DNA of 34,069 bases, from the IMG/VR virus record IMGVR_UViG_3300037420_001181, positions 1-34,069 of that record; one strand, given 5' to 3'. Shown piece after piece: positions 34,069 to 34,069 of the stretch (its first letter is position 1; each line of letters opens with the position of its first letter). Both the position numbers and the translations under genes were made by a program. This stretch comes from a virus. Taxonomy: Duplodnaviria > Caudoviricetes. The notes beneath the pieces were generated by a model that was not told where the DNA came from, searched no databases, and worked only from the letters and a program-made list of their open reading frames with translations.

Positions 34069-34069
34069 C

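Noticed and set aside
1-34069. CRISPR array, diversity-generating retroelement, invertible tail-fibre cassette, IS element
   Set aside because: No regularly spaced repeats, reverse transcriptase, invertase, transposase or long duplicated segment seen by eye. A self dot-plot would confirm.

Overview
Nearly the whole window is a temperate, short-tailed (P22-like/podovirus architecture) phage or prophage. The host is probably alphaproteobacterial, possibly a sphingomonad; this is inferred from gene style, promoter style and the tRNA-Pro fragment. From left to right it contains: a partial cI-like repressor and cro switch; an early right operon (cupin, CII-like HTH, C5-cytosine methyltransferase, RusA-like resolvase, replication initiator, late regulator); packaging and head genes (TerS, TerL, portal, scaffold, DUF4043/N4-gp56-like capsid); P22-like tail and ejection genes; a beta-helical tailspike; an antisense SAM-methyltransferase moron; a lysis cassette (GH24 endolysin, holin candidates, Rz with embedded Rz1); an 863-aa glycoside-hydrolase/cadherin/SPRY fibre protein; a leftward cluster of small early-type genes including an HNH nuclease; and a 46-bp att core equal to the 3' half of tRNA-Pro(CGG). 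No integrase is visible. Four observations stand out. (1) A likely +1 ribosomal frameshift (GGAGG, perfect hairpin, ACG, TTT CCC TGA) would fuse an M15 peptidase to an ejection protein. (2) A probable capsid-anchored glycosidase fibre has an RcGTA head-spike-like GLGL N-terminus, with a candidate base protein 20 kb away. (3) Several antisense genes, some missed by the ORF track, look leaderless, with the start codon exactly 6 nt after a -10 box. (4) A tandem, covarying two-hairpin RNA element precedes the scaffold gene. All family assignments come from recognising motifs by eye; no database search was run.
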